The notes below the pieces were generated by a model, which saw nothing but the letters and a program-made list of their open reading frames with translations, did no database searches and was not told the DNA's origin. A DNA stretch of 38,402 bases. Source: Methanotrichaceae archaeon. Its GTDB lineage: Archaea > Halobacteriota > Methanosarcinia > Methanotrichales > Methanotrichaceae. Location: assembly GCA_963803145.1 (NCBI GenBank), contig CAWDLW010000010.1, forward strand, positions 1 to 38,402, given 5' to 3'. The position numbers and the translations under genes are program-made. This document shows positions 19,642-29,178 of this stretch, piece after piece. The number at the start of each line of letters is the position of its first letter. The first letter of the stretch is position 1.

Positions 19642-19941
19642 TTGCTATCCATGTTCAGCTTGGCTATGACTAATAGGTTTATATTGCCCAGCAGAATACA
19701 GATTGGGCAGGAGACATGGGGGCATGTGGTGGCCAGGCTGCTAAAGGAGCTTCCAATGTCTATGCCGGATGATCTAGTAGAAAAGGCCAAAGTTCTTGAT
19801 AACTTCTATATCCCCACCAGATATCCAAACGGCCATCCGCAAGGCGCGCCCTTCGAGCACTATGGTCGGCTGCAGAGCGAGGAGGCCATAAGGTATGTCG
19901 GTTCGATCGTTGAGTTCGTCCGTTCTCAGATGGCCGAGTAG
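19642..19941 (+). pseudogene. 5'-truncated HEPN-domain toxin
   Basis: GQETWGHVV...LDNFYIPTRYPNGH is a HEPN C-terminal half; the usual N-terminal helices (ACFxAQQAAEKAxKA) are absent and replaced by unrelated sequence before about 19700. Confidence 0.7.
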
Positions 19942-20266
19942 GCAGGCCGTTGATCAGGCTGTGCAAGCCTGGGCTAAAGAGAGGGCTGAAGAAAGAAAGG
20001 ATATCTTGCGAATAGGCTACTTCGGCTCTTATGCCAGAGGCGATTGGGGAGTGGGAAGCGATCTGGATATAATCATCATTCTTGAGAGGTCTGATCTGCC
20101 TTTTACGCGCAGGGCCACAGGGTGGAATGCTAGTGAGCTGCCTGTGCCTGCGGACCTTCTAGTCTATACTGATGACGAATGGAGATCGATGAAGGATCAG
20201 GGAAGGTTTTACAGGACTGTGATGAACGAGGCTATGTGGGTTTATGAAAGGGATGGCTCCTGTTAG
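19895..20266 (+). CDS. Minimal nucleotidyltransferase (MNT) antitoxin
   Basis: FGSYARGDWGVGSDLD (GS-x10-DxD) motif; overlaps the HEPN gene. Confidence 0.88.
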   Translation: MSVRSLSSSVLRWPSRQAVDQAVQAWAKERAEERKDILRIGYFGSYARGDWGVGSDLDIIIILERSDLPFTRRATGWNASELPVPADLLVYTDDEWRSMKDQGRFYRTVMNEAMWVYERDGSC

Positions 20267-20297
20267 CGCTCAGAAGAAATAGGCCGGTCTTATTGCT

Positions 20298-20462
20298 TCA
20301 GGCAAAGCTGGCCTCTCTCTTCAATTCTTCTTCCGTCAGATTGAAGGTATCGATATCACATTCAGCCAGCTTTGACAGAAAAACTTTACGTGGAATGCCT
20401 GCAAGCTTTGCAGCAGCTCCCGATGGTAGTATACCCATTTCAAATCGCTTGATTGCTTTGGC
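20298..20462 (-). pseudogene. UPF0175-family antitoxin remnant (not in the ORF track)
   Basis: Minus frame reads AKAIKRFEMGILPSGAAAKLAGIPRKVFLSKLAECDIDTFNLTEEELKREASFA*, preceded by an in-frame TAA; matches the UPF0175 pattern. Confidence 0.7.
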
Positions 20463-20485
20463 TTATGCATCTCCAAGCCCAACTC

Positions 20486-20791
20486 TTAACCTCGCTTCAG
20501 TATCCGCAACTCACTAGCCAGCCTCTCCTTTTTTATCACCAGGGAATTCTTGGTACTCAGCGGGCACCTAACCAGATCCACAAAATCCTTTTTGTTAAGG
20601 CCAAGCTCCTTTGCCATGGCATTTAGCAGAGACGTACCCACATCCTTATTCCTCCCATGGCTTAGAAAAGTCGCGCCCTCTTTCTTGCCATCAACATAAA
20701 GGATAAAATATCTGTGATCTCTGTTGCTCCGCAAAAATCCCTTTCTTCCTAAGCCTGCTTCGATCTCGTCCTGGCTCATCGCTGAGGCCAT
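20486..20791 (-). CDS. HicA-like toxin
   Basis: L-x-x-KGF, DHRYF, TFLSHG (conserved His) and LLNAMAKELGL; TGATG coupling to the upstream gene. Confidence 0.7.
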   Translation of the reverse strand: MASAMSQDEIEAGLGRKGFLRSNRDHRYFILYVDGKKEGATFLSHGRNKDVGTSLLNAMAKELGLNKKDFVDLVRCPLSTKNSLVIKKERLASELRILKRG

Positions 20792-21165
20792 CAGCCCACC
20801 ATGAACATTTCCTGGAGCAAATCCCTCAGCATCCTTCCTGTCTCTCCCAGATCTTTTTCAGGGCAAAGAACATATTCGCTCCACAAGAAATCGATATACT
20901 CAAACAGCATCTGCTTTGCTTCATGATAATCTCCGGAACGACCGATCGCATCGAGGTGCGGTATGCTGACGGTCCATGAGCCCTCATCGTAATCCACCTG
21001 CAAATTGATGGGACTCGTTGGAATAAACTTTCTAATGCCAACGATAAACTCCTGAAGAGGATGTCTTTCGTAGAATTCTATGGTTGATGGTTGGGCTGCC
21101 ATTATCTCTAATCTCCATGCAGCATATTTTAATCTTACGTAAATTGGCATAAAGTCTATCATCAA
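20791..21165 (-). CDS. HicB-like antitoxin
   Basis: WTVSIPHLDAIGRSGDYHEAKQML resembles the HicB partial RNase H fold; true start probably ATG 21102. Confidence 0.6.
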   Translation of the reverse strand: MMIDFMPIYVRLKYAAWRLEIMAAQPSTIEFYERHPLQEFIVGIRKFIPTSPINLQVDYDEGSWTVSIPHLDAIGRSGDYHEAKQMLFEYIDFLWSEYVLCPEKDLGETGRMLRDLLQEMFMVG

Positions 21166-21239
21166 CTAATAACGGGATCTATTCATTAGCTCCCTCCCAG
21201 GAAAAGTATATAGATAATGGATAATCTATAGAGCCGCAT

Positions 21240-22271
21240 ATGACGTTTAAGGAAGAGCTTGCAAAGAATGTTAAAGAGGCAGTACACCCAAGAGAGGGCG
21301 CCTGCGGGATCTGCCACGCTGTTGCCGAGGAGATCTGCAGAGCAGGAGGCAGGATCGTCGCATATGAGCGGCCCGGAGGGATACTGGCAAAGATCTTTGA
21401 TGATCAGGGCAATGTGATAGGCGAGGGCTTCGGAGTTGTCTGGTCGCCTGCTGTTCTTGCGGCTGAGATCGATGCCGGACTGATCCCCGAGGACTTGGCG
21501 AAGAACCTCATGAGAGAAGGCGTCAACACTCCCGAGGATATCGAGCTTGTCGCTGCACTCCAGGGCTACGGTCGAGTGCTAACTGCAGCAGCTGTGGCGC
21601 TGATGACGATTAAAAACATGGGCGGACGGACACTCATCAGGCGCAAGGGTTTGGGAGTTGTTGCAACCTTCCTGGATAAAGAGGGCAAGGTCATTGCTGA
21701 ATCTCCGCCAGCCTACTGTCCGACCTGTGCTGTAGCGATAGGCGCAGCCAGAACTCCAATGCTTGCTGAGAAGATCAAAGATATTTTGAAGGATGCACCG
21801 AACACCGGCCGGAAGAAATACGAGGAGGGCATCGAGAACCGCTATGAAGTTAAGGGTGGCCACGTTAAGGTCTCTTTAGCCAAAGGAGATGAGATCCTGG
21901 CAAAGGGAGTTCGCGGCTGCTGCATGGCATATGGAACTGCGAAGGCCGAGATTGTTGCCGGTCTTGTTCCAGAGGCCAGCGCAGAGCTTTTCAGGGCCTA
22001 CTGTGACCTCTGCCCCTTCAAGCACTGCTGGATGGAGAAGTCCATGGGCGCGACAGGCAACATAATCCTCCACCGCTTGAGCGAGATTGGAACTGAGATC
22101 GAGATAACTGCGGATGGCGGGATAGTGGCCCGGATTCCAGGTCCAGATGGCGAGGTGATCCAGGGCAGAGGAACACTTTGCTCCCTTTCTGCTCTTACAA
22201 ACATGCTTCTTAGGGGTGACGCCCAGAAGATCCTTAAACCATCAGGCACGAAGAAATGGGAGAACGAATGA
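21240..22271 (+). CDS. Cys-rich protein of unknown function with four internal repeats
   Basis: 343-aa ORF with 11 Cys, three CxxC motifs and repeated AEIxAGLxPE; TATA-like AAGTATATAGA upstream. Confidence 0.85.
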   Translation: MTFKEELAKNVKEAVHPREGACGICHAVAEEICRAGGRIVAYERPGGILAKIFDDQGNVIGEGFGVVWSPAVLAAEIDAGLIPEDLAKNLMREGVNTPEDIELVAALQGYGRVLTAAAVALMTIKNMGGRTLIRRKGLGVVATFLDKEGKVIAESPPAYCPTCAVAIGAARTPMLAEKIKDILKDAPNTGRKKYEEGIENRYEVKGGHVKVSLAKGDEILAKGVRGCCMAYGTAKAEIVAGLVPEASAELFRAYCDLCPFKHCWMEKSMGATGNIILHRLSEIGTEIEITADGGIVARIPGPDGEVIQGRGTLCSLSALTNMLLRGDAQKILKPSGTKKWENE

Positions 22272-22353
22272 GAAGATTGGCCAATCGATAGGGCAATCAT
22301 AGACCGACCATAAAATCCCACGACCACGCACTACCGATTTGAGATTGATTATT

Positions 22354-22686
22354 ATGAGAAAACTTAGCGAAAAGGACATCGATATACTGAAGAAGCTTGC
22401 GCCGGAGGTCGAAAAGAAATCCAAGATCGAGTACCGCTCGATACTTCCGCCGGTTTCCATGCACTATGCAGTTGATGAGGAGGACTTTGAAGCCAGGCTT
22501 GAGAGGCTGTCTGCTGAGGATCTGAAATATCTGGCTGACAAAATCCTGATTGGGTCAGAGTGTCTGCTTTGTATAACCCCCGAGTATGCCAGGATTTTCG
22601 TCGATTTCCTGACTAAACATATGTCGGGAGATGAGGCCGATCGCATAAAGGAGCTTTACGAATCATCTACTGGGTACAAGGTTTGA
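22354..22686 (+). CDS. Small acidic hypothetical protein with a CxxC motif
   Basis: ATG at 22354, SILPPVSMHY and ECLLC; co-oriented with the preceding gene. Confidence 0.8.
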   Translation: MRKLSEKDIDILKKLAPEVEKKSKIEYRSILPPVSMHYAVDEEDFEARLERLSAEDLKYLADKILIGSECLLCITPEYARIFVDFLTKHMSGDEADRIKELYESSTGYKV

Positions 22687-22692
22687 TGGCCG
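22601..22692 (+). repeat. Direct repeat, left copy (3' end of the 22354..22686 gene)
   Basis: 88/92 identical to 28909..29000; weaker similarity continues at 22701-22728 versus 29018-29045. Confidence 0.95.
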
Positions 22693-25600
22693 GATAGCCT
22701 GCTGAAGCGAGTATTCATAGCACTATTAATGCGAGGGAATACAAACTGATACCTAGGTCCAAGGCCATCTGTTCTTATGCAGATAAGTATCTTCGACTAG
22801 TCCAGCTCTTATGTGAGATATAGCTAACCGATATAGAATTATTTAGTCTTATCCTCTTTTGTTTTTGGAGGAACCATTTCTCCTTTGGCAGTACCTTGGA
22901 TATCCAGGAGGATAGATGTACTTGCCTCATTGGCATCTTTCTTGGCCGCATCCTTTTTTTCGACTGGTCCTTTTAATGCAGCCAACTTATCCGAGAGTTC
23001 ATCGAAATAATCAAGTTCATCTGCATGCTCGCATGCTATTTTGAACATCTCATTAAAGAATGCCTTTCTATCGGCGTCTTTTTCTTTCTCCATCATCGTT
23101 TTATAGACCGAAGCCTGATGGAAATAGCATTGCGGATCTGCGCTACATTCGGCGGATTGTTTCAGGGATTCAATGGCTGAATCTAGCAAGCTCCGAGAGC
23201 TTTCTTTGCTGGGTGAGGTTTCATCCGCCAGCTCTAAATTAGAGATGCGTGCATTCAAAATATAAGCCCTCTCGATACCTACAATATTTTTAAGAATATC
23301 TTTTAACTTTCCTTTTGTTGTCCAACAGGAATAACCGCTCTTTATAATGCCATTCTCAATTCTATCATACCCAATAGCAGCGTTTTCATCAATTGTGGCA
23401 TTCTTTAAGGCCATTTTATCAATGAGAATATTATTTATCGTTGTATTCCCTACGTTCATCTCTGCAACTTTTGGATTGCTGATCGCTACATCTTTTAAGA
23501 TTATTTTATCTCCCATTTGATCAAGTTTAACATAGCTCAAATCATTAGTAGATTCGATGGTTGCATCACTGAATAATATATAAGATATTTTTTCACGAGT
23601 CCCTAATTTAAACTTGCCTAGATGTAAATCCATTATTTGACATGGTTTGCGTTCCGAAAGATTTGTCAGGTATTTCTTGTACTCCAGCCACCCCTTGCAA
23701 TCCCAGTATTGCGCTTTTAATTCGGATTTATCGGATAGTTCTATTTTATTGATTATTTTAAGAGCTTTTTCTATATAATTTGCAGTCTTATCAAGGCAAA
23801 TCTCTCTTTCTATATAGGAAAATGCGAGGTTCAAATTTGCTTGAGCCGCAATATATCCACATGTAGTCGGTTCACCCAATCGATTTCCTATCTCGTTATT
23901 ATACGATGTTACGGGAATACACTTTATCAGTTTTTCCGATTCATTATTGCTTATATCATAGTTTAAGATTGCGAGATATGCAGAAGCGAGTGATTGTCTA
24001 ATTATCAAGCCTTCATCAATGTTAGGCATATTATCCTTCGATATGGATTTCGCAGTTTCCCAATAGCGGATCATATCTCTATAATTTTTCATTAAATAAT
24101 TTACGTAGCCAAGCCAATAATATGACCTTATTTTATAAATATTATCATTGAACATCTCTGCTGCATTCCGTAGATTTTCCTCTGCGGATCTGAGACACTC
24201 CATCCGCTTATCCACTGTGATTTTTGAGAGTGTTTGGTCTTTTTCCGCGCTGCCACGATACTTTGCTCGATCTATAAAGAAAATGCGTTCGGCTTCTTTC
24301 TTATAGGTTAAACCGATATTATATATAATCCGTGGATCATTTGGATCGATTAATTTTGCACGATTAAATTGTTCACGAGCCTGGACATAATCATTAATTT
24401 TTAAATAATATCGACCCAAATTCTTCCTGTGAATAGCATTGAGAGGCGCCCTTTTGATTAGTTCTTCTATTCTTTCTTTGTTTAATTCTTTCGGGCGAAT
24501 CGGAAGATTCCACTCATCCAAAAGGCTTTCCTTGAATGCCTCATATTCATCAGGTAATTTCTCTTTGCTTTTTATCATAACCTTATAAACTATCAAATTA
24601 AAAATATTATAGACTTCCCCTTTATGATATTTTGCGTCTTTGACTTCCTTTAATGAATAGATCAAATGACCAAATGTTCTTGAAAACTCTTGCATTCTGT
24701 TGATCTCTATGGCGATATCATCCAGTTTTCTTATATCATCCTCACCGAGAGCAAGAATGCGCAATAAATAATCTTTTATACTAATACATATACAATCTGG
24801 CAATTCATCATAAATTAGTTTAAAGATATTATAAAGTTCTTTTTTTGTATAACCATCACTATATAATTCCTTCATTGAACTAATAAAATCAAGAAGCCTT
24901 TTTAACGTTTCCTTATTTATTTGTGATAATTTATAAATCTCACTTATAATATTGTTTAGCTCCTTATCATCATCACAATTATCGAGGCTCGACTTAAGGC
25001 AATCTTTTATGGCTGCAAATTTATAATCTGGCAATTCTTCATCTATTAATTTAGAGATAAAATTATTCGGGATGCGATCTGATTTTTCCATATAGCAGAA
25101 ATGGTGTAGAGATCCAAGGGTGTGAAGGATTGTTGCATATTTTAATTCATTACACATATCTAAATCTGAAAGATTCATGTTTCTTCTAATTGATTCTAAT
25201 TCCAATATTGATTGAACTACTTCATCATTAACTTTAGATTTAAGAGCTTCTTTTGCTTTTGCCCATTTTTTTAGTTCATCTGACCAGCTATCATTCGCTT
25301 TTGACCCTTCAAAACAGCATTTGATTTTATATAAATCATCAAGAGAACTGATCTTAATTAAAGTTTGTTCAGCGGATGCAAGCGAATCCATTAATTTTTT
25401 TATTGTATCCGCTGAAGCCGTTGAAAAATTATCGAGGATAGTATATAACGCCAATTTCTCTGAATTGCGATCACAAGGAAGGCATATATCTTTCCCCAAT
25501 TCGTAAGGAAGATCTACATTTTTCTCCAATTGCGATAAGTTCCTGATTTTCGATGAATTGCTGACCAAACATGTCAGATATCTGGGATCGGACAGGTCTG

Positions 25601-28600
25601 CACCTTGATTAACATTTTGTTGAGCCTTAACTGGATCTCTCTCCTGGCAAGCTTCAGCCAAAGTTAAATGCAGGCCCTTATTGTTGGGGGATAGCTTCAA
25701 AGCCAAATCCGATAGATACTCTGCATTAAGGCAATCTTTCTCCTCCAAGAGATAAAGTGATAGATCTTCAAAGCATTTATCAACAACTCTTGAAGCCATT
25801 TCAATATCATCTGGTTCACGCGCATTAGTTGCGCGCCTCAGTCCTCTTAAAGAGCATGTAGCTGCCTTCAGAAGGCTATCCTCAATGCAGTCATGTTCAT
25901 TATTATATCTCTTGCATGCTAACGCGATTAAATCGAGGATCTGAGCTCTCGCTATATAATTGGGTTTGAGAGACTGAGCCTTTCTGCATAATTGTATGGA
26001 TTTATCACACTCATTAGTATTATAGCAGATCAATGCCATAGCATAATACGGCTGCCAGTTATCAGAATGAAGATGAATGGCTCTCTCAAACGAAGCCTTC
26101 GCAGGCTCTTTCTTACCCGTTTCATAATATGCTACTCCAAGGTTGTAATGAGCCCAAGGGAAATCTTCATCCTTGCCCAAACATTGTTCAAAGCTATTTA
26201 TCGATCCGAGGAGCTTGGGCCTGCGATCTGTTGTGCCATGGACGCATTCTCTGTAATTCCTGAGACCATCAGTAAAATACTTGACTGCTTCCCATGGAAC
26301 CTCTTTATTCTCTCCAAAGGCCAAACTCGAGAATATCATGAAGGCCAGATCGGATACCATGTCATCTATGATCGTCTTAACTTGCTGTGGGTTAGAGGTC
26401 GATAAATCTGACGGAATTGCTTTATCCACTCGCTCTACTCGCCAGCCCAAATTTCTTTTCTTGCTTGGGTATCTGGCAGTTAGGACAAGATTATCGCCTT
26501 CTTTGTAGAGGCTTCCATTGATCTTAGGAGGTCTAACAAGCCAGCCAATAAGCGAATTTATAAAGCTTCCTGATATGGTTAAACCCAAAATGCTCAACGA
26601 TGAGCTGTCCGTAAATATCTTCGAATCCAAATTGGAAGCATCATCCGTCTTTATTGTAGCAGGTATCGGTTGATTTGTCTCCGCTATTGAGATAATGGGA
26701 TGGCTATCATCCATCTGCTGGTACAGCCTGCTCAGTCTATTTAGCCTGACCGATAACAGGGCTGCCAATCCATCATAGCCCTCCTTCTTTCCAGGATCAG
26801 TGATTTTAGTATCATATGTGAAATTCTCTATCTGTATGCTGCTCTTTGCCTTTCTATACCAAAAAGTCAGTTCTACCAGTATGCATAATGCCAGGATCAT
26901 CGGCCAATAGAACCACAATAGGGATATGAAGAGAACAGGATAAGGATAATTCAATTTGATTAGTTGATATTGAAGGGCATTATCCGTCTCCAATATGGAT
27001 GCTGTATACGATCTGCTTTTTGGATCATCATAGATATCCTTTAAAACGCCTGCGCTTGTTTCTCCATCGCTCAAGAAAGCACCAATTACGAGAGATCGGC
27101 TAGATGAATTCAAATAAAGATCGCTTATCACTTGTTTATTGATTCTGGGGATAATAGTATTAACTGCTTCAATATAGCATATTGATCTTAAATATATATT
27201 CTTGAAGGCCATTTCGAGAGTTTTATTCCTTAGGCTGGTATTATGCAAATTCTGTATGCGGGAAGGATTAGAGCCAAATATTCCCGCATTTTCTATGTTT
27301 TTATAAATTGTGTCATTGTTAAAAACTCTATTATAAACATCATCAGCTGAGAACATAGATTCAAAAGTTTGATTATTGGATAACGATGATAATATAGTGG
27401 AGTTTAGCAGAGTCTCATTTAGATTGGATGAGTTTGCCAGAGCTTTGTCGAATAACTTTGGTTTAGAAAGAAGCATCCAGAATATTGGACCAGAAGATAA
27501 TGATCGGCTAAAGGATACATTATCTTGCATTAAGGAATCCACGCTACGATCAATAAGCCATTCGGAGATTATTCCAAATGAAGATGATTTGTTAAACCCT
27601 TCCGATTTTTGCTCCAGACTCAGGGGATCGAGTGGATGGAGCAAAATTGCAATAAAGATTATTAAAATTACGATGCCAAATAATTTAAACGCTGATGAGC
27701 TCCACCACGGCAGGCTATTACGCCCTTGGGCATACCATTTTGATAATTTTACCAAATTATATTCGATACTAATACTGTATATACCTTTTTTACGTCTATT
27801 CATCTCGAATATAACAAGATATATTAGAAAAGCTATAATAAAGATTATAGCTGATATGACATAATCGGATCTATCTGTTTCTTCAACTTGCATCATGGGG
27901 CCATCGAAGGTTCGCAGCTCTTCTCCCCAGACAATCCGATAGGCTGCACTGCCGGAACTAAAAGTGAGATGAGTATTATTCCAGTAAAGAGTTTGAGGGA
28001 TTCCGGGAGGATTGTAGAGCCGTTCTCCGATATAAGTCCAAGGACCTTTCCTTGAAGGTGCGACTTCAAGAGATATATTCGTCTTATTGCTAAAATTTAT
28101 TTTAATTTCGTAATTGAAGACATTAGGGCTCTTTGCCATGTATGCTTTTTCATTTATTAAATTCGAAAAGGATTTAGGTGGTGTTTGGTTGGGCAAGTTC
28201 CCTGATCTCTTTAATAAAGGACCATAACCGTATTTTGATTGATTAAGATAAAAAGCCATTGAGGAATTAAAAGTGACATTCCACCAGGCTCCCTTCCATA
28301 TATTCTCACTAGCAGATCCCTTCAGCCATTTGGAAAAATCTCCCGTCCCAAAATCTTGCTGGCTAAAATTGAATTCTGCATTTTTAGAGTAGATCGATTC
28401 GGGTAATAGGTCCAGATGTCTTTTCTGCGCGATTTTAATATTGGTATTATTTTTGTCTGGCCCTGCAACAAAATATATGTCACAACCGATGCTGTTACCA
28501 TTAACGCTAAAGTTTTCCAGATTTGCCTGATAATTAATTGGCTCGTTAACATAAAAAGGCTGCCCATGAGAATCCTGGTACTTTGAAACATTTAGATTTT

Positions 28601-28908
28601 CACCGATAGTTGATTGCACAAGGGAGAGGAAAATTAGTGATGCTATTAGGGTAATTTTAAGTAATGTTAATAGATTTGGCATACTCCCCTCCAAGTCTTT
28701 TTGAGGCGCTATGATCTTTGTCTAATTAAATCTTTGTATCAAGTGTCTTTCAATTTAATATATTAATCTCTAATTAACAATTGGAATCGATTTAGATGAA
28801 TTCAGTCTAAATTTTTAGTTATTTAGGGATTGAAATAAATTTGGGGTATGATTATTCTGCAAACTAAATATTCCGTAGCAAAGGCAATTAGTATAGCTAT
28901 TATCCATA
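22693..28908. mobile_element. Direct-repeat-bounded AT-rich genomic islet without integrase
   Basis: Bounded by 92-bp direct repeats 6308 bp apart, visibly more AT-rich than the upstream flank, one gene only. Confidence 0.6.
22839..28682 (-). CDS. Giant membrane-anchored TPR-repeat protein
   Basis: Signal peptide, three hydrophobic TM segments, TPR motifs (e.g. AHYNLGVAYYETGKKEPAKASFERAI, NLGRYYLKINDYVQAREQFNRA); ATG 28682 follows a GGAGGG RBS. Confidence 0.88.
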   Translation of the reverse strand: MPNLLTLLKITLIASLIFLSLVQSTIGENLNVSKYQDSHGQPFYVNEPINYQANLENFSVNGNSIGCDIYFVAGPDKNNTNIKIAQKRHLDLLPESIYSKNAEFNFSQQDFGTGDFSKWLKGSASENIWKGAWWNVTFNSSMAFYLNQSKYGYGPLLKRSGNLPNQTPPKSFSNLINEKAYMAKSPNVFNYEIKINFSNKTNISLEVAPSRKGPWTYIGERLYNPPGIPQTLYWNNTHLTFSSGSAAYRIVWGEELRTFDGPMMQVEETDRSDYVISAIIFIIAFLIYLVIFEMNRRKKGIYSISIEYNLVKLSKWYAQGRNSLPWWSSSAFKLFGIVILIIFIAILLHPLDPLSLEQKSEGFNKSSSFGIISEWLIDRSVDSLMQDNVSFSRSLSSGPIFWMLLSKPKLFDKALANSSNLNETLLNSTILSSLSNNQTFESMFSADDVYNRVFNNDTIYKNIENAGIFGSNPSRIQNLHNTSLRNKTLEMAFKNIYLRSICYIEAVNTIIPRINKQVISDLYLNSSSRSLVIGAFLSDGETSAGVLKDIYDDPKSRSYTASILETDNALQYQLIKLNYPYPVLFISLLWFYWPMILALCILVELTFWYRKAKSSIQIENFTYDTKITDPGKKEGYDGLAALLSVRLNRLSRLYQQMDDSHPIISIAETNQPIPATIKTDDASNLDSKIFTDSSSLSILGLTISGSFINSLIGWLVRPPKINGSLYKEGDNLVLTARYPSKKRNLGWRVERVDKAIPSDLSTSNPQQVKTIIDDMVSDLAFMIFSSLAFGENKEVPWEAVKYFTDGLRNYRECVHGTTDRRPKLLGSINSFEQCLGKDEDFPWAHYNLGVAYYETGKKEPAKASFERAIHLHSDNWQPYYAMALICYNTNECDKSIQLCRKAQSLKPNYIARAQILDLIALACKRYNNEHDCIEDSLLKAATCSLRGLRRATNAREPDDIEMASRVVDKCFEDLSLYLLEEKDCLNAEYLSDLALKLSPNNKGLHLTLAEACQERDPVKAQQNVNQGADLSDPRYLTCLVSNSSKIRNLSQLEKNVDLPYELGKDICLPCDRNSEKLALYTILDNFSTASADTIKKLMDSLASAEQTLIKISSLDDLYKIKCCFEGSKANDSWSDELKKWAKAKEALKSKVNDEVVQSILELESIRRNMNLSDLDMCNELKYATILHTLGSLHHFCYMEKSDRIPNNFISKLIDEELPDYKFAAIKDCLKSSLDNCDDDKELNNIISEIYKLSQINKETLKRLLDFISSMKELYSDGYTKKELYNIFKLIYDELPDCICISIKDYLLRILALGEDDIRKLDDIAIEINRMQEFSRTFGHLIYSLKEVKDAKYHKGEVYNIFNLIVYKVMIKSKEKLPDEYEAFKESLLDEWNLPIRPKELNKERIEELIKRAPLNAIHRKNLGRYYLKINDYVQAREQFNRAKLIDPNDPRIIYNIGLTYKKEAERIFFIDRAKYRGSAEKDQTLSKITVDKRMECLRSAEENLRNAAEMFNDNIYKIRSYYWLGYVNYLMKNYRDMIRYWETAKSISKDNMPNIDEGLIIRQSLASAYLAILNYDISNNESEKLIKCIPVTSYNNEIGNRLGEPTTCGYIAAQANLNLAFSYIEREICLDKTANYIEKALKIINKIELSDKSELKAQYWDCKGWLEYKKYLTNLSERKPCQIMDLHLGKFKLGTREKISYILFSDATIESTNDLSYVKLDQMGDKIILKDVAISNPKVAEMNVGNTTINNILIDKMALKNATIDENAAIGYDRIENGIIKSGYSCWTTKGKLKDILKNIVGIERAYILNARISNLELADETSPSKESSRSLLDSAIESLKQSAECSADPQCYFHQASVYKTMMEKEKDADRKAFFNEMFKIACEHADELDYFDELSDKLAALKGPVEKKDAAKKDANEASTSILLDIQGTAKGEMVPPKTKEDKTK

Positions 28909-29000
28909 TCGCTTTCCCGACTAAGCATATGTCGGGAGATGAGGCCGATCGCATAAAGGAGCTTTACGAATCATCTACTGGATACAAGGTTTGATGGCCG
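28909..29000 (+). repeat. Direct repeat, right copy (orphan 3' gene fragment)
   Basis: Still encodes ...TKHMSGDEADRIKELYESSTGYKV*. Confidence 0.95.
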
Positions 29001-29011
29001 AGTAAACGAAA

Positions 29012-29044
29012 AATAGTGCTGCGGCGAGTATCCATAGCACTATT
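29012..29044. terminator. Hairpin downstream of the right repeat copy
   Basis: AATAGTGCT (29012-29020) and AGCACTATT (29036-29044) form a perfect 9-bp inverted repeat; the left arm is degenerate in the 22.7-kb copy. Confidence 0.4.
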
Positions 29045-29178
29045 ATATTGATTCATCTCTTGAGCATCCTCATGAGATTGCCAGAAGAGGCAAAGCTCAT
29101 TCACTCAAAGAGCAGACCACATTATTTATCGAAACAAGAAAAATGCCTAGAACTGAACGGAGTGCAAAAAAGAGATCA

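Noticed and set aside
21303-21317. CGICH as a heme c attachment motif
   Set aside because: Single motif in a protein without a signal peptide or TM helix; a Zn or Fe-S CxxC is more plausible.
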